Origin: Verrucomicrobiota bacterium | Lineage (GTDB): Bacteria; Verrucomicrobiota; Verrucomicrobiia; Limisphaerales; AAA164-E04 | Length of the DNA stretch: 64,000 nucleotides | NCBI GenBank assembly: GCA_047947115.1 | Contig: CP170459.1 | Coordinates: 1,376,001-1,440,000, forward strand | Reading direction: 5' to 3' | Part shown: positions 1 to 9,473 of the stretch, piece after piece | Position numbering within the stretch: the first letter of the stretch is position 1 | How the letters are laid out: each line of letters begins with the position of its first letter | Notes under the pieces: generated by a model | Database searches by the model: none | What the model saw: only the letters and a program-made list of their open reading frames with translations | Told to the model about the DNA's origin: nothing | Translations under genes and position numbers: made by a program

Positions 1-558
1 TGGTATTTAATTTGTTTAGTTGATCCTTAAAGTGCGCCGTGAAAAGGTGCGAACCTCCAGTGGGAGAGGAAACTAAACCCACCCGGCAACTTTCGCTCCA
101 GCCGGTAGCAGCCGAGGCAGACGTGGAAGTAATGAAGCGGCTGAAGCCCTTGGCGCAAAAGGCCCGAATTTAGTTGCGGGTCAGCGAACGAGCAGGCCGT
201 AATGCGAATGAACACTGAGCAAGTCCCGAAACCAGACAGATGCGAATGCCGTCCTAGCTTTAAGATAGGGAAGGCTGCCATTACGTGGGAAGTGAGCGAA
301 AACTGCACCACGCAAGTTCGCCGGGGCATTGGTGACGGCATGTCCGTGACAGGAGATTCGTTGCAACACGGGAAATCCCATTTTGTGGCCCTCACAAAGG
401 CCAACCCTTATTCCGTGAGGAACAGAAGGGGCATCATGGGATGGCGGAAAGGTCCGTATAAGCAAAGAAGCGGTGTAATGACTGCAGAGCAAAGGGGCCT
501 TAGTTCAAGTGAAACGCGTGAAGAGATAAAGGCCGGGAGATTGACATGAAACGTCTAG

Positions 559-2041
559 CAGCCCGTTAAAAAAGTCACAATTCTTCACGAAAAGATTCGT
601 GATTGATCACATGATCAAGTAAAGTATTTGCCATGGCACTTGGCAAACGGAAAACGAAACAGCAAGAACTGTTCATTGCCTCCAATCAGATTCCCAAAAC
701 GCCGGCTCACCCGTTTTATTCCAAACTCAATCAGGTTTTTGATGAGTGCGGATTTGATGCTTATGTCGAAGAGTTGTGCGCCCCGTTTTACAAGAATTTT
801 GGTAGGCCAGGCATTGCGCCCGGTATTTATTTCCGGATGATTTTCATCGGATACTTTGAAGGGCTCAACAGTCAACGTGGTATCGCATGGAGATGTCATG
901 ATAGCCTTTGCCTGCGTGAATTTCTCGGCATCAGTTTGACAGAGAAAACTCCTGTTCACGCATCGATGACAATTATCCGTCAACGCTTGTCCGATGAAGT
1001 GTTTCACAAGGTTTTCCTTTTTGTCCTTGAACAACTCAAAGAGAAAAAGCTTTTGAAGGGAAAAACTCTTGGTGTTGATGCCACCACCCTGGAAGCCAAT
1101 GCAGCCATGCGTAGCATCGTGCGCAAAGGGACGGGTGAGGATTGGAAAGAATACCTTCGTGAACTGGCCAAAGAAGAAGGCATTGAAAATCCGAGTGATG
1201 AAGACATTCAGCGCATCGACCGAGGGCGCAAGGGGAAGAAAGTTTCCAACAAAGAATGGCAAAGCAAGTCAGATCCGGACAGCCGCATTACCAAGATGAA
1301 AGATGGGCGCACACATCTTGCATATAAGGCTGAACATTCGGTGGACTTGGAAACCGAGGCAATTGTTTCTTGTCATGTCACACATGCAGATCAAGGCGAT
1401 ACAACCACGGGGCCTGAGAGCCTCATCTTGGCTGAAGCCAATCTACAATTAATCGAATCAGAAAGGACCGTTGAAGAGGCGGTGATGGACAAGGGATATC
1501 ACAGCAACGCATTGTTGGAACGGCTCACGCAGTGGGGTATCCGCACATACATACCAGAGAAGAAGCAAAAGAAGCGTAAGTGGGTGGACAAGCCGGAAAG
1601 CTACGAACACGCATTCCGTGGTAATCGACGAAGAGTTCGGAGTGTCAAGGGTAAGCGACTGAGTCGAAAACGAAGCGAACTTGTGGAGCGAACATTTGCT
1701 CATGTGTGCGAAACAGGAGCTGGACGTCGAACCTGGCTCCAGGGAATGGAAAATGTCACCAAGATTCACACACTGAAGTGCGCAGCATTCAACCTCGGAT
1801 TGCTGATGCGGAAAATCTTTGGCCTCGCCAAGCCAAGAAACTGGGAAGCGAGCCTCGCTACCGCTTTGACGGCTGCTTTTGTCATAATTTTTGGCGAATG
1901 GATGACTCAGGGGGCGATAAATATGGCTCCCGCCGTCCTTTTACTGATTTCCACCATTTTATTATGCAGCTTGATGAAATCGAAGCCGGACGAGATTCGG
2001 ATCATTCGGTTTTTCGAAATTGGCACTTATTAAACGGGCTG
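559..2041 (+). mobile_element. IS1182-like insertion sequence, copy 1
   Basis: Terminal IRs CAGCCCGTT / AACGGGCTG; 4-bp target duplication CTAG at 555-558 and 2042-2045. Confidence 0.9.
633..2033 (+). CDS. DDE transposase (IS1182/IS5-like), 466 aa
   Basis: GRPGIAP N-terminal motif, GVDATTLEANA, DPDSR, MDKGY, VERTFA. Confidence 0.88.
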   Translation: MALGKRKTKQQELFIASNQIPKTPAHPFYSKLNQVFDECGFDAYVEELCAPFYKNFGRPGIAPGIYFRMIFIGYFEGLNSQRGIAWRCHDSLCLREFLGISLTEKTPVHASMTIIRQRLSDEVFHKVFLFVLEQLKEKKLLKGKTLGVDATTLEANAAMRSIVRKGTGEDWKEYLRELAKEEGIENPSDEDIQRIDRGRKGKKVSNKEWQSKSDPDSRITKMKDGRTHLAYKAEHSVDLETEAIVSCHVTHADQGDTTTGPESLILAEANLQLIESERTVEEAVMDKGYHSNALLERLTQWGIRTYIPEKKQKKRKWVDKPESYEHAFRGNRRRVRSVKGKRLSRKRSELVERTFAHVCETGAGRRTWLQGMENVTKIHTLKCAAFNLGLLMRKIFGLAKPRNWEASLATALTAAFVIIFGEWMTQGAINMAPAVLLLISTILLCSLMKSKPDEIRIIRFFEIGTY

Positions 2042-3624
2042 CTAGGAACCCCATTAAAGGTCAGAGAACTTCAGAGCGCGTTGCATGCGAAAGCGAAGGG
2101 AGATCCGGTTTTTCGGTTCTATAGCCTCTACGATAAACTAATTCGAAAAGACATCCTTTTAGATGCCTGGCGGCGTTGTCGAATCAACGATGGGGCAGCT
2201 GGAATTGATAAGGAAACATTCGAGTCGATAGAGAAGGAAGGGCTGGAGAAATGGCTGGATCTACTGGTGAAGGAGTTAAGGGAAAAGACATACCAACCCC
2301 GACCGGTAAAACGGGTTTGGATCCCGAAGCCTAACGGAAAACTTCGGCCTTTAGGTCTGCCTTGTATAAGAGATCGAGTTGCCCAAATGGCAACGGTGAT
2401 CTTGCTAGAGCCGATCTTCAAGGCCGATTTGGCAGACGAGCAATATGGTTATCGGCCAGGACGAAGTGCGCATGATGCCGTAAGGCAAATCCACCGTAGT
2501 CTTAATGAGGGACACCGTGAAGTTATTGACGCTGATCTCAGCGGATATTTCGATACGATTCCACATGCGGAATTGATGAAATGTTTGGCACGAAGAATAA
2601 GCGACGGAGCGATGTTGCACCTGCTCAAGATGTGGTTGGAAATGCCGGTCGAAGAGATTGATGAGCGTGGAAGAATCCATCGTTCTACAGATAACCGAGA
2701 TACAGGACGGGGAACACCTCAAGGTGCCCCTATCTCGCCTCTATTATCAAACCTCTACATGCGACGCTTTGTTTTGGGGTGGAAGCAACGCGGTCTTGAC
2801 CGACGATTTCAGAGTCGACTTGTCGTTTATGCGGACGACTTTGTCATCTTGTGTCGCTATCAAAGTCAAGAAGCGATGATCCAGATGAAGAAACTAATGA
2901 TATGCCTCAAACTGCAAGTCAACGAACAGAAAACAAGCATTCGGAAATTACCTGAAGAAGATATGGAATTTCTAGGTTACCGGATTGGCCAATACTATTC
3001 GGTCAAACGGAAAAGATCCTTCATTGGAACCAGTCCTTCGAAGAAGGGAGTGCAGAGCTTCTGTAAGGAGATTAGCAAAATGACGCGACGCCAGAGGTTT
3101 CACCTGGAACCAGAAGAGCTCGTAAGTCAAATAAACCGAAAACTTAGGGGGTGGGCGAATTACTTTTGTCTGGGCTCCGTGAGCCGAAGTTATCGGGTAG
3201 TGGACAATCACACCCGGCACCGGCTCCGCCAGTGGCTAAATGGAAAACGACGCAGCCAAGGTGTATATCCGGTTAGGCAGTCAGCTGCCTACCTGCATCG
3301 AAAATTAGGGCTGCTGTGCCTCGAAGGCACCACGAAACGCCTACCGTGGGCGAAGGCATGAGAACCTTGTCCGAAAGCCGGATGCGGGAAAACCGCATGT
3401 CCGGTTTGCTGAGCGGGATCTGGAAACGTATGCAAGGAAAGATTAGTGAGGCACCGTAGGTCGAAAGACTCGGTAACAGATAGATCGATCCTAAACATGG
3501 CGCGTCAGATCTCGACTCTACAACTCACGATAGGTGCAATTTTATTGGATTTTTTGCGGTTTTTGCTTCGCCATTTCGACCGGGGAAAAGTATAGTTGTT
3601 GAAGTTCCTGGTCGATTTGCCTCT

Positions 3625-4767
3625 ATGAAATCAAAGCTCAAGCCTTCCCAACAACGATCACTCATTTTTCCCACACTCTCCGAACAGTGTGATCCGTGGC
3701 AACCACTCAAAAAATTGGCCGACGCCATTCCTTGGGATAAGTTCGAAAACGCTTTTTCGGATTACTACAGCGAGGTAGGCCGGCCCGCCAAACCCATCCG
3801 TTTGATGGTGGGCTTGCTAATATTGAAACAACTTGGAAATTTGAGTGATGAGGTTGTCGTTGAAAGATGGATCCAGAATCCCTACTACCAGTATTTTTGC
3901 GGGATGACGGAATTTGAGTGGGACTTTCCCTGCAATCCATCCGACCTGGTTCATTTTCGAAATCGGATCGGTGAAGAAGGTCTGCATCTGATCTTTGCAA
4001 TTACCACTGACCTTCATCGCAATCGAATTGAAAAGGAGAGTGAGATCAATGTGGATACCACGGTTCAGGAAAAGAACATAACTGTTCTAACGGATAGCAA
4101 ACTACATTCACGGATTATCGGTCGATGCTGGCGCCTGGCCGACAAGTATGGAATCAAACTGCGACGGCGTTATCGCAAAGAGCTGCGAGAATGTTTGCTG
4201 AGCCAAAGGTGGCGGCGTCATCCAGGAAAGGCCAAGCTTGCACGCAAGGCGCAGAAACACATCAAGACAATCGCGGGTATCTTTCTGCGTGAACTGGATA
4301 GAAAATTACCAAGGCAAATCCTTAAAGCTCACCTTGAAGATTTCAAACTTTACCTTCGAGTCCTGAATCAACAGAAGAACGACAAGAATAAGGTCTACTC
4401 TTTGCATGAACCGCAGGCCTACTGCATCGCCAAGGGCAAGGAAAACAAGAAGAATGAGTATGACAGTAAAGCATCGGTCGCCGTGACAGCAGATACAGGC
4501 ATCATTGTCAGTGTTGTTGCTCATCCTGAAAACATTTATGATGGCCATACTTTACCGGAAGTCTTGGAATTAGCGGAAGCTGTCATGGGAGAACGACCGA
4601 AGAAGGGCATTGTGGATCGTGGCTATCAAGGCGAAAAACATCTTGATGGAACGGACATACTTTCACCCGAGAACGGTAAAGCTGAACAAACCTTTATTAT
4701 GCAGCTTGATGAAATCGAAGCGGGACGAGATTTGGATCATTCTGTTTTACAAATTAGCACTTATTAA
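3625..4767 (+). pseudogene. IS5-family transposase, C-terminally truncated and fused at ~4693 to an IS1182-like end
   Basis: GRPAKPIRLMVGLLILK, VDTTVQEKNI, KVYSLHEP, VDRGY; the last 23 aa derive from the IS1182-like right end. Confidence 0.85.
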
Positions 4768-4768
4768 A

Positions 4769-6225
4769 CACAGCCATCCCATAGGATGACTCAAAAAAGG
4801 GCTGGTAATCTTTCTTGAACCCTGCCACTCAGCAGGGATGAAATCCAAAAAACGAAAACCAACCCGTAGCAAGATCACTGCCCTCAGTCAGATTTGCAAC
4901 CTCATTCCAGGCCATTTGGTCAAAAAACTTTCCAACGAAACTGGTGCTGAGAAAAAAGCACGCAGCTTTTCTTCGTGGAGTCATGTCGTTTCCATGCTCT
5001 ATGCTCAAATGTCTCGGAGCATCGGATTGAATGACGTGTGCGACAGTTTGCAGATTCATTCAGGGCCTCTCTCGCAAATCCGAGGTGCCAGACCACCCAG
5101 TCGCAACGGGCTTTCCCATGCCAATAAAAACCGGACGGCCAAGCTGCCGGAAAGATTGTTTTGGGAAGTCACTGACCATTTGAAGACGACCTTTCCTCAA
5201 CATGCCCAAGGAAGGCTTCCCAAAGGACTCTTCAGATTCAAGAGACAGATCCACATCATCGATTCCACAACGATTGAACTTGTGGCCAACTGCATGGATT
5301 GGGCAAAACACCGAAGGCGCAAGGCGGCGGCCAAAACACACATGCGGCTAGACATGGAAAGCATGCTTCCCCGTTTTGCCATCGTTGATACGGCCAAACA
5401 CAACGACAATTTGCGTGCCCGCGAACTGTGTGCCGGACTAAAAGCAGGCGAAATCGTCATATTTGACAGGGCTTACAACGACTTTGATCATCTCAAGGAT
5501 CTTGAAGAGCGCAATGTCCAATGGGTGGGACGACAGAAAAAGCGCACCGCATACGAAGTGATCGACCGCATGGAAACCAGCGGGGACGTCACACACGATG
5601 AACTTATTGTTCTTAACAACGGATTGGTTGTCAGAAGGGTGAGCGCATGGGTTGAAGTAGAAGGCAAACAACGCAAGTTCACTTTCTTGACCAACAATCG
5701 GAAATGGAGCGCTCAAACCATTTGCGAGCTCTACAAGGCCCGGTGGCAGATCGAAGTGTTTTTCAAACAGATCAAGCAGACACTCAAGTTGAGCGACTTT
5801 CTCGGCCATTCAGCAAACGCAGTGCGTTGGCAAATTTGGACGGCTCTCCTTGTTTATGTACTGCTCCGGTTCCTCAGTCGGATGAGTTCGTGGTCCCATA
5901 GTTTTACTCGAGTTTTTGCAGTGGTGCGTGCTGCCCTATGGGAGCGCATTGATCTGCTCGGATTTTTGAGAATGCTCTGTGGGACAGCAGACGGTGATTT
6001 TAGAAACCTGGCCCGACCAGATCAGGCATATTTCCCAGGATTTTAAGGGGAATCAGGAAAGTTCCTGGGACAGCACAATCACCAGAAAGGAGCAAATACC
6101 CCAGCAAGGAGAAAGAGGTCCGAAAAAATCAAAATCTCGAAAATGAGCATTAGCCCAACGTCATACAAATTCCTTGGGAAAATGGAACATTTTGCCATCA
6201 CCAGATGGCTTATGGGATGCTACTG
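4769..6225 (+). mobile_element. IS4-family insertion sequence
   Basis: Imperfect IRs CACAGCCATCCCATAGG / CTTATGGGATGCTACTG; 9-bp target duplication CTTATTAAA at 4760-4768 and 6226-6234. Confidence 0.9.
4838..6046 (+). CDS. IS4-family transposase, 402 aa
   Basis: IIDSTTI, IFDRAY and Y-x2-R-x3-E-x6-K signature (YKARWQIEVFFKQIK). Confidence 0.92.
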   Translation: MKSKKRKPTRSKITALSQICNLIPGHLVKKLSNETGAEKKARSFSSWSHVVSMLYAQMSRSIGLNDVCDSLQIHSGPLSQIRGARPPSRNGLSHANKNRTAKLPERLFWEVTDHLKTTFPQHAQGRLPKGLFRFKRQIHIIDSTTIELVANCMDWAKHRRRKAAAKTHMRLDMESMLPRFAIVDTAKHNDNLRARELCAGLKAGEIVIFDRAYNDFDHLKDLEERNVQWVGRQKKRTAYEVIDRMETSGDVTHDELIVLNNGLVVRRVSAWVEVEGKQRKFTFLTNNRKWSAQTICELYKARWQIEVFFKQIKQTLKLSDFLGHSANAVRWQIWTALLVYVLLRFLSRMSSWSHSFTRVFAVVRAALWERIDLLGFLRMLCGTADGDFRNLARPDQAYFPGF

Positions 6226-6316
6226 CTTATTAAACGGGCTGTTAACTAGCAGCAATACGCATCATAAATCATGCTTGTAAAGAACTCAATAAAACGAAAA
6301 AACACGTAAAAGTAAA

Positions 6317-7144
6317 ATGAAGTCTACACTGTTAAATTTAATAAGGTATTTAATGCGTAAAAATATACTGAATCGAAGTATACTAGATGCAAAAATTTTT
6401 CGTGCCAAATCACCTAAAATATATAAATTGTTTCGAAAATTTAAAGGAAATCGATGTGTTATAATCGGAAATGGGCCTAGTTTAAATGAATGCGATTTAA
6501 AATTATTAGAAAACGAGTTTACCTTTGGGGTTAACGGAATATTTTATAAGACTAAAGAATGTGGATTTAGACCGACATTTTACACGGTAGAAGATAGCCA
6601 TGTAATGCGTGATAACTTAAAAGAAATTATTTCTTTTGAGGCCCCTTATAAATTTTTTCCCACAAATTATTTAAAATATTTCCGTGGTCAAAAGTGTGAC
6701 AATCTTTACTTTTTCAACATGAATAGGGGTTTTTATGAAGTTGCCGGTGATAACTATGAGAAACCTTATATAAGCACTGATTGCAGTGAAGTGGTTTACT
6801 GTGGGCAATCAGTTACAATAATAAATTTACAATTAGCACTTTATATGGGATTCTCGCAAATTTATTTGATCGGTATGGATTTTGATTATGAAATCCCCGC
6901 TTCTGCCATAGTGGAAGGTCAAGATATAACTTCGACAGACTATGACGTAAACCATTTTCATCCTGACTATTTTGGTAAAGGTAAAAAGTGGCACGATCCT
7001 AAATTACATAATGTTTTAAAATCTTACAAACACATTCAGGATGTGGCCAATAAAATGGATGTTAAGATTTTTAACGCTACTAAAGGTGGGAAATTGGAAG
7101 TTTTTGAAAGGGTAAATTATGAAAACGTCTTCAAAGCTACTTAG
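6317..7144 (+). CDS. DUF115/Maf-like (MptE-like) protein, probable glycan-modifying transferase
   Basis: VIIGNGPSL, YMGFSQIYLIGMD, HFHPDYF, IFNATKGGKLEVFERV motifs; AT-rich. Confidence 0.75.
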   Translation: MKSTLLNLIRYLMRKNILNRSILDAKIFRAKSPKIYKLFRKFKGNRCVIIGNGPSLNECDLKLLENEFTFGVNGIFYKTKECGFRPTFYTVEDSHVMRDNLKEIISFEAPYKFFPTNYLKYFRGQKCDNLYFFNMNRGFYEVAGDNYEKPYISTDCSEVVYCGQSVTIINLQLALYMGFSQIYLIGMDFDYEIPASAIVEGQDITSTDYDVNHFHPDYFGKGKKWHDPKLHNVLKSYKHIQDVANKMDVKIFNATKGGKLEVFERVNYENVFKAT

Positions 7145-7973
7145 TTGTGTGTTAACTACACGAGATAAAACAAGCTTTGTTAATTGTTTTATTCAGTCCA
7201 TTGAAAAAAGTAATTTAAGTCAAAAAGTTGAGCTGATTATCATTATTCAAAGCAATTCAGGAATAACTTTTAGTCATAATCGTAACATTGAAATAAAAGA
7301 AATACATACCGGTAATCTTTCATTGAGTAAAGCTAGAAATATAGGTCTACAATATGCTAAAGGTTTAATTGTTTCATTTCCAGACGACGACTGTTTGTAT
7401 GATCGGTATTTAATTAAAAAACTTGAAGAATTGCATCAAAAGTTTTGTGATTCAAGTTTTGTAGGTATTTTAAAAACGTTGGACAACAAAGATCATCCAT
7501 TTTCTGGTAAAATAAAATTACGTAACTTGAGTAAAGTTTTAATTAGTAACTATATTGACATTACCACAAGTGTAACGGTATTCTTTAGGAATAAAAATCT
7601 ACCAAGATTTGATGAAAGATTTGGCTTAGGTGCGAATTTTCCATCTTGTGAAGAACACATATTTACTCAATCACTGCTCTACGGCCAAAAGGACTTAGTT
7701 TTTTGTAAAGAGTTAAAAGTGTTTCATCCGTTGGTTAATTATGATGAGAAGCGGTTGAGGCAAAGTAGCATAGGGCACGGTGCATTTATTGGTCTGCTGT
7801 TTCATAAGTATGGCCTTCTCAATAAATATACTATAAACGCTTTATGGGTGTATTATTTAAGAAATATCGTCGGTCTGTTGTTTTTAAAAAAAACAACACC
7901 CTTAAATTTCAGAAAGATTTTTGTCAAATACAGAATTAAAGGTTTTTGTGAGTTTTTTAAGTGCATTCGTTAG
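7119..7973 (+). CDS. Family 2 glycosyltransferase
   Basis: LSKARNIGL, FPDDDC (DxD), FDERFGLGA. Confidence 0.85.
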   Translation: MKTSSKLLSCVLTTRDKTSFVNCFIQSIEKSNLSQKVELIIIIQSNSGITFSHNRNIEIKEIHTGNLSLSKARNIGLQYAKGLIVSFPDDDCLYDRYLIKKLEELHQKFCDSSFVGILKTLDNKDHPFSGKIKLRNLSKVLISNYIDITTSVTVFFRNKNLPRFDERFGLGANFPSCEEHIFTQSLLYGQKDLVFCKELKVFHPLVNYDEKRLRQSSIGHGAFIGLLFHKYGLLNKYTINALWVYYLRNIVGLLFLKKTTPLNFRKIFVKYRIKGFCEFFKCIR

Positions 7974-8110
7974 CTTACTCCAAACAATTCTTTCACCAGA
8001 AAGGGCCGTATAGTTAAATATCTTTACTGTAGTTGATCCTTAACAGCCCGTTAAAAAAGTCACAATTCTTCACGAAAAGAATCGTGATTGATCACATGAT
8101 CAAGTAAAGT

Positions 8111-9458
8111 GGTTCTTCGATAATTCCAGTGGAATTAACTTAAGCCGGGATTCTGAGTTTGCCTGCTACAAAGTAAAGCATAGTGGTCATGTATACGGAT
8201 GAGCGAAAACCTCTGGCCTTCCGCTTGACCGCGCTGAAAACGCTATTCAATCCTTCCATGAACGCTGTGGTCAGTTTCTTTTTCCAATGAGCAAGTATAC
8301 CTTCCAAGTGACGTTCAATACTGTTTGCCACCTTGACCATTGGTTCCAACAAGTCCCCTGATTTTTTCGCCCTTCGTTTTACCCATCCTATCCATTTGAC
8401 CATGTTTTTTCGCGCTGTAACCTCATTGCGACTGCGATAGACTTGTTGGAAATTTAATCGCATCTGGTAGGCGATTCCGGTTACTAAATTCTTCAAATCC
8501 AATTCCTCTAGCTGCTGGGTTTGACTCTTGGTTAGATTGGAGGGGTTTTTACGAAATATCCAACGACTTGCTATGAGCTCCTTTTTGAAATCCTTGTCTC
8601 CTTGATTTGCTTCGGCTTTGCGCACTTTATCGACTGCGTCATTGACCATGGCCACAGCATGATACTTGTCGAATACAATCTCTGCGTTGCATAGATTCTC
8701 CCTTACTCCCTTTTGATAGGCCGGACTCATATCGATGGCAACTTGAGTGATCGCTTTTGGATGTCCGTTGTGCGCATATAACGCATCAGCAAAGCGTTGG
8801 AATGTTTCAGCGTCTTTGCCCTCGGTGGCAAAAATGACTCGCTTCTCCATCAAATCAGCAAACACCGTCAGGTAATCATGCCCTTTGCGTGCAGACAATT
8901 CGTCCGCACCGATCCAAACCACTTCACTCATATCCAACTTGGAATACGCTTCGTCAACATGGGCAAAAAGAATGCGCCACATGCGTTGATCACACTCTCC
9001 AATCAGTCCTGATGCTTTACTAACCGGCATCTCCCTCATCAATGCCAACGCAAACCCCTCAAACGCCTGAGTAAAATGTTTTCCTTTACCCTCCCAGGGA
9101 ACTTTAACCCGATAGGTTCGGTGACAAGATGGGCATTTGCCGCGAGGCACATTGCAGAGAATTTCAGATCGTTTTCCAAATACATCCATATGTCGCCAAG
9201 ACCTTGTTTCGGTGTGATCGTAACAGGTAATCCCAGACGATTTGCAGGTCTGATGGGGACAAACTTCTTTCTCCCAGAGTTTGTCAGTTTCAGTAATAAC
9301 CATGAAAAACTTTTCCGTCTCTGAATCGTAGTCAACGCCTCGAACTTCCCAACACTCATCAAGTCCCAGCAATCCATGAATGGTCTTCTCAATATTCATG
9401 GAGCCATCATCTCACGACAGTTCCAAATGCTCAATTCCACTGTTTTTGTCGAAGAACC
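8111..9458 (-). mobile_element. ISL3-family insertion sequence
   Basis: IRs GGTTCTTCGA / TCGAAGAACC; 8-bp duplication AGTAAAGT at 8103-8110 and 9459-9466. Confidence 0.92.
8140..9399 (-). CDS. ISL3 transposase, 419 aa
   Basis: Zn-finger cysteines, IGADE, IDMSPAY, FDKYH, EGLNS...KRKARGFR. Confidence 0.92.
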   Translation of the reverse strand: MNIEKTIHGLLGLDECWEVRGVDYDSETEKFFMVITETDKLWEKEVCPHQTCKSSGITCYDHTETRSWRHMDVFGKRSEILCNVPRGKCPSCHRTYRVKVPWEGKGKHFTQAFEGFALALMREMPVSKASGLIGECDQRMWRILFAHVDEAYSKLDMSEVVWIGADELSARKGHDYLTVFADLMEKRVIFATEGKDAETFQRFADALYAHNGHPKAITQVAIDMSPAYQKGVRENLCNAEIVFDKYHAVAMVNDAVDKVRKAEANQGDKDFKKELIASRWIFRKNPSNLTKSQTQQLEELDLKNLVTGIAYQMRLNFQQVYRSRNEVTARKNMVKWIGWVKRRAKKSGDLLEPMVKVANSIERHLEGILAHWKKKLTTAFMEGLNSVFSAVKRKARGFRSSVYMTTMLYFVAGKLRIPA

Positions 9459-9473
9459 AGTAAAGTATTTGCT

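Larger units (their letters stand above)
546..3361 (+). pseudogene. ltrA: Group II intron reverse transcriptase/maturase, interrupted after codon 4 by an IS
   Basis: Removing the IS and one CTAG gives MKRLGTPLKVRELQ...; RT motifs RPLGLP, DADLSGYFD, GTPQGAPISPLL, YADD; domain X LRGWANYF. Confidence 0.9.
32..3521 (+). mobile_element. Group II intron (RT/maturase-encoding, no endonuclease domain), interrupted by an IS in domain IV
   Basis: 5' GTGCG at 32; domain V AAGCCGGATGCGGGAAAACCGCATGTCCGGTTT at 3375-3407; 3' end CTCGACTCTAC at 3521; EBS1 TTTAAG (259-264, in a hairpin loop) complementary to exon CTTAAA (26-31). Confidence 0.93.
17..4692 (+). mobile_element. IS5-family element, left end split by the group II intron and right part deleted
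   Basis: Removing the intron (32-3521) joins TAGTTGATCCTTAAA|AACTC, an IS5-like terminal sequence about 100 bp upstream of the transposase at 3625; no right end found. Confidence 0.65.
4693..6241 (+). mobile_element. Right-end remnant of a third IS1182-like copy, split by an IS4 element
   Basis: 4693-4768 matches the 3' end of copies 1 and 2; IR completed at 6226-6241 (CTTATTAAACGGGCTG) followed by TTAA. Confidence 0.85.

Noticed and set aside
27..549. Short ORFs at 27-549 and 10883-11264
   Set aside because: They overlap intron ribozyme domains and are not credible proteins
1706..3361. Retron, DGR or defence-type reverse transcriptase
   Set aside because: The RT lies within recognisable group II intron RNA (GTGCG start, domain V, EBS1/IBS1) and has a domain X
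3481..3495. TAGATCGATCCTAAA resembling the intron target sequence
   Set aside because: It lies inside intron domain VI and the match is gapped; probably coincidental
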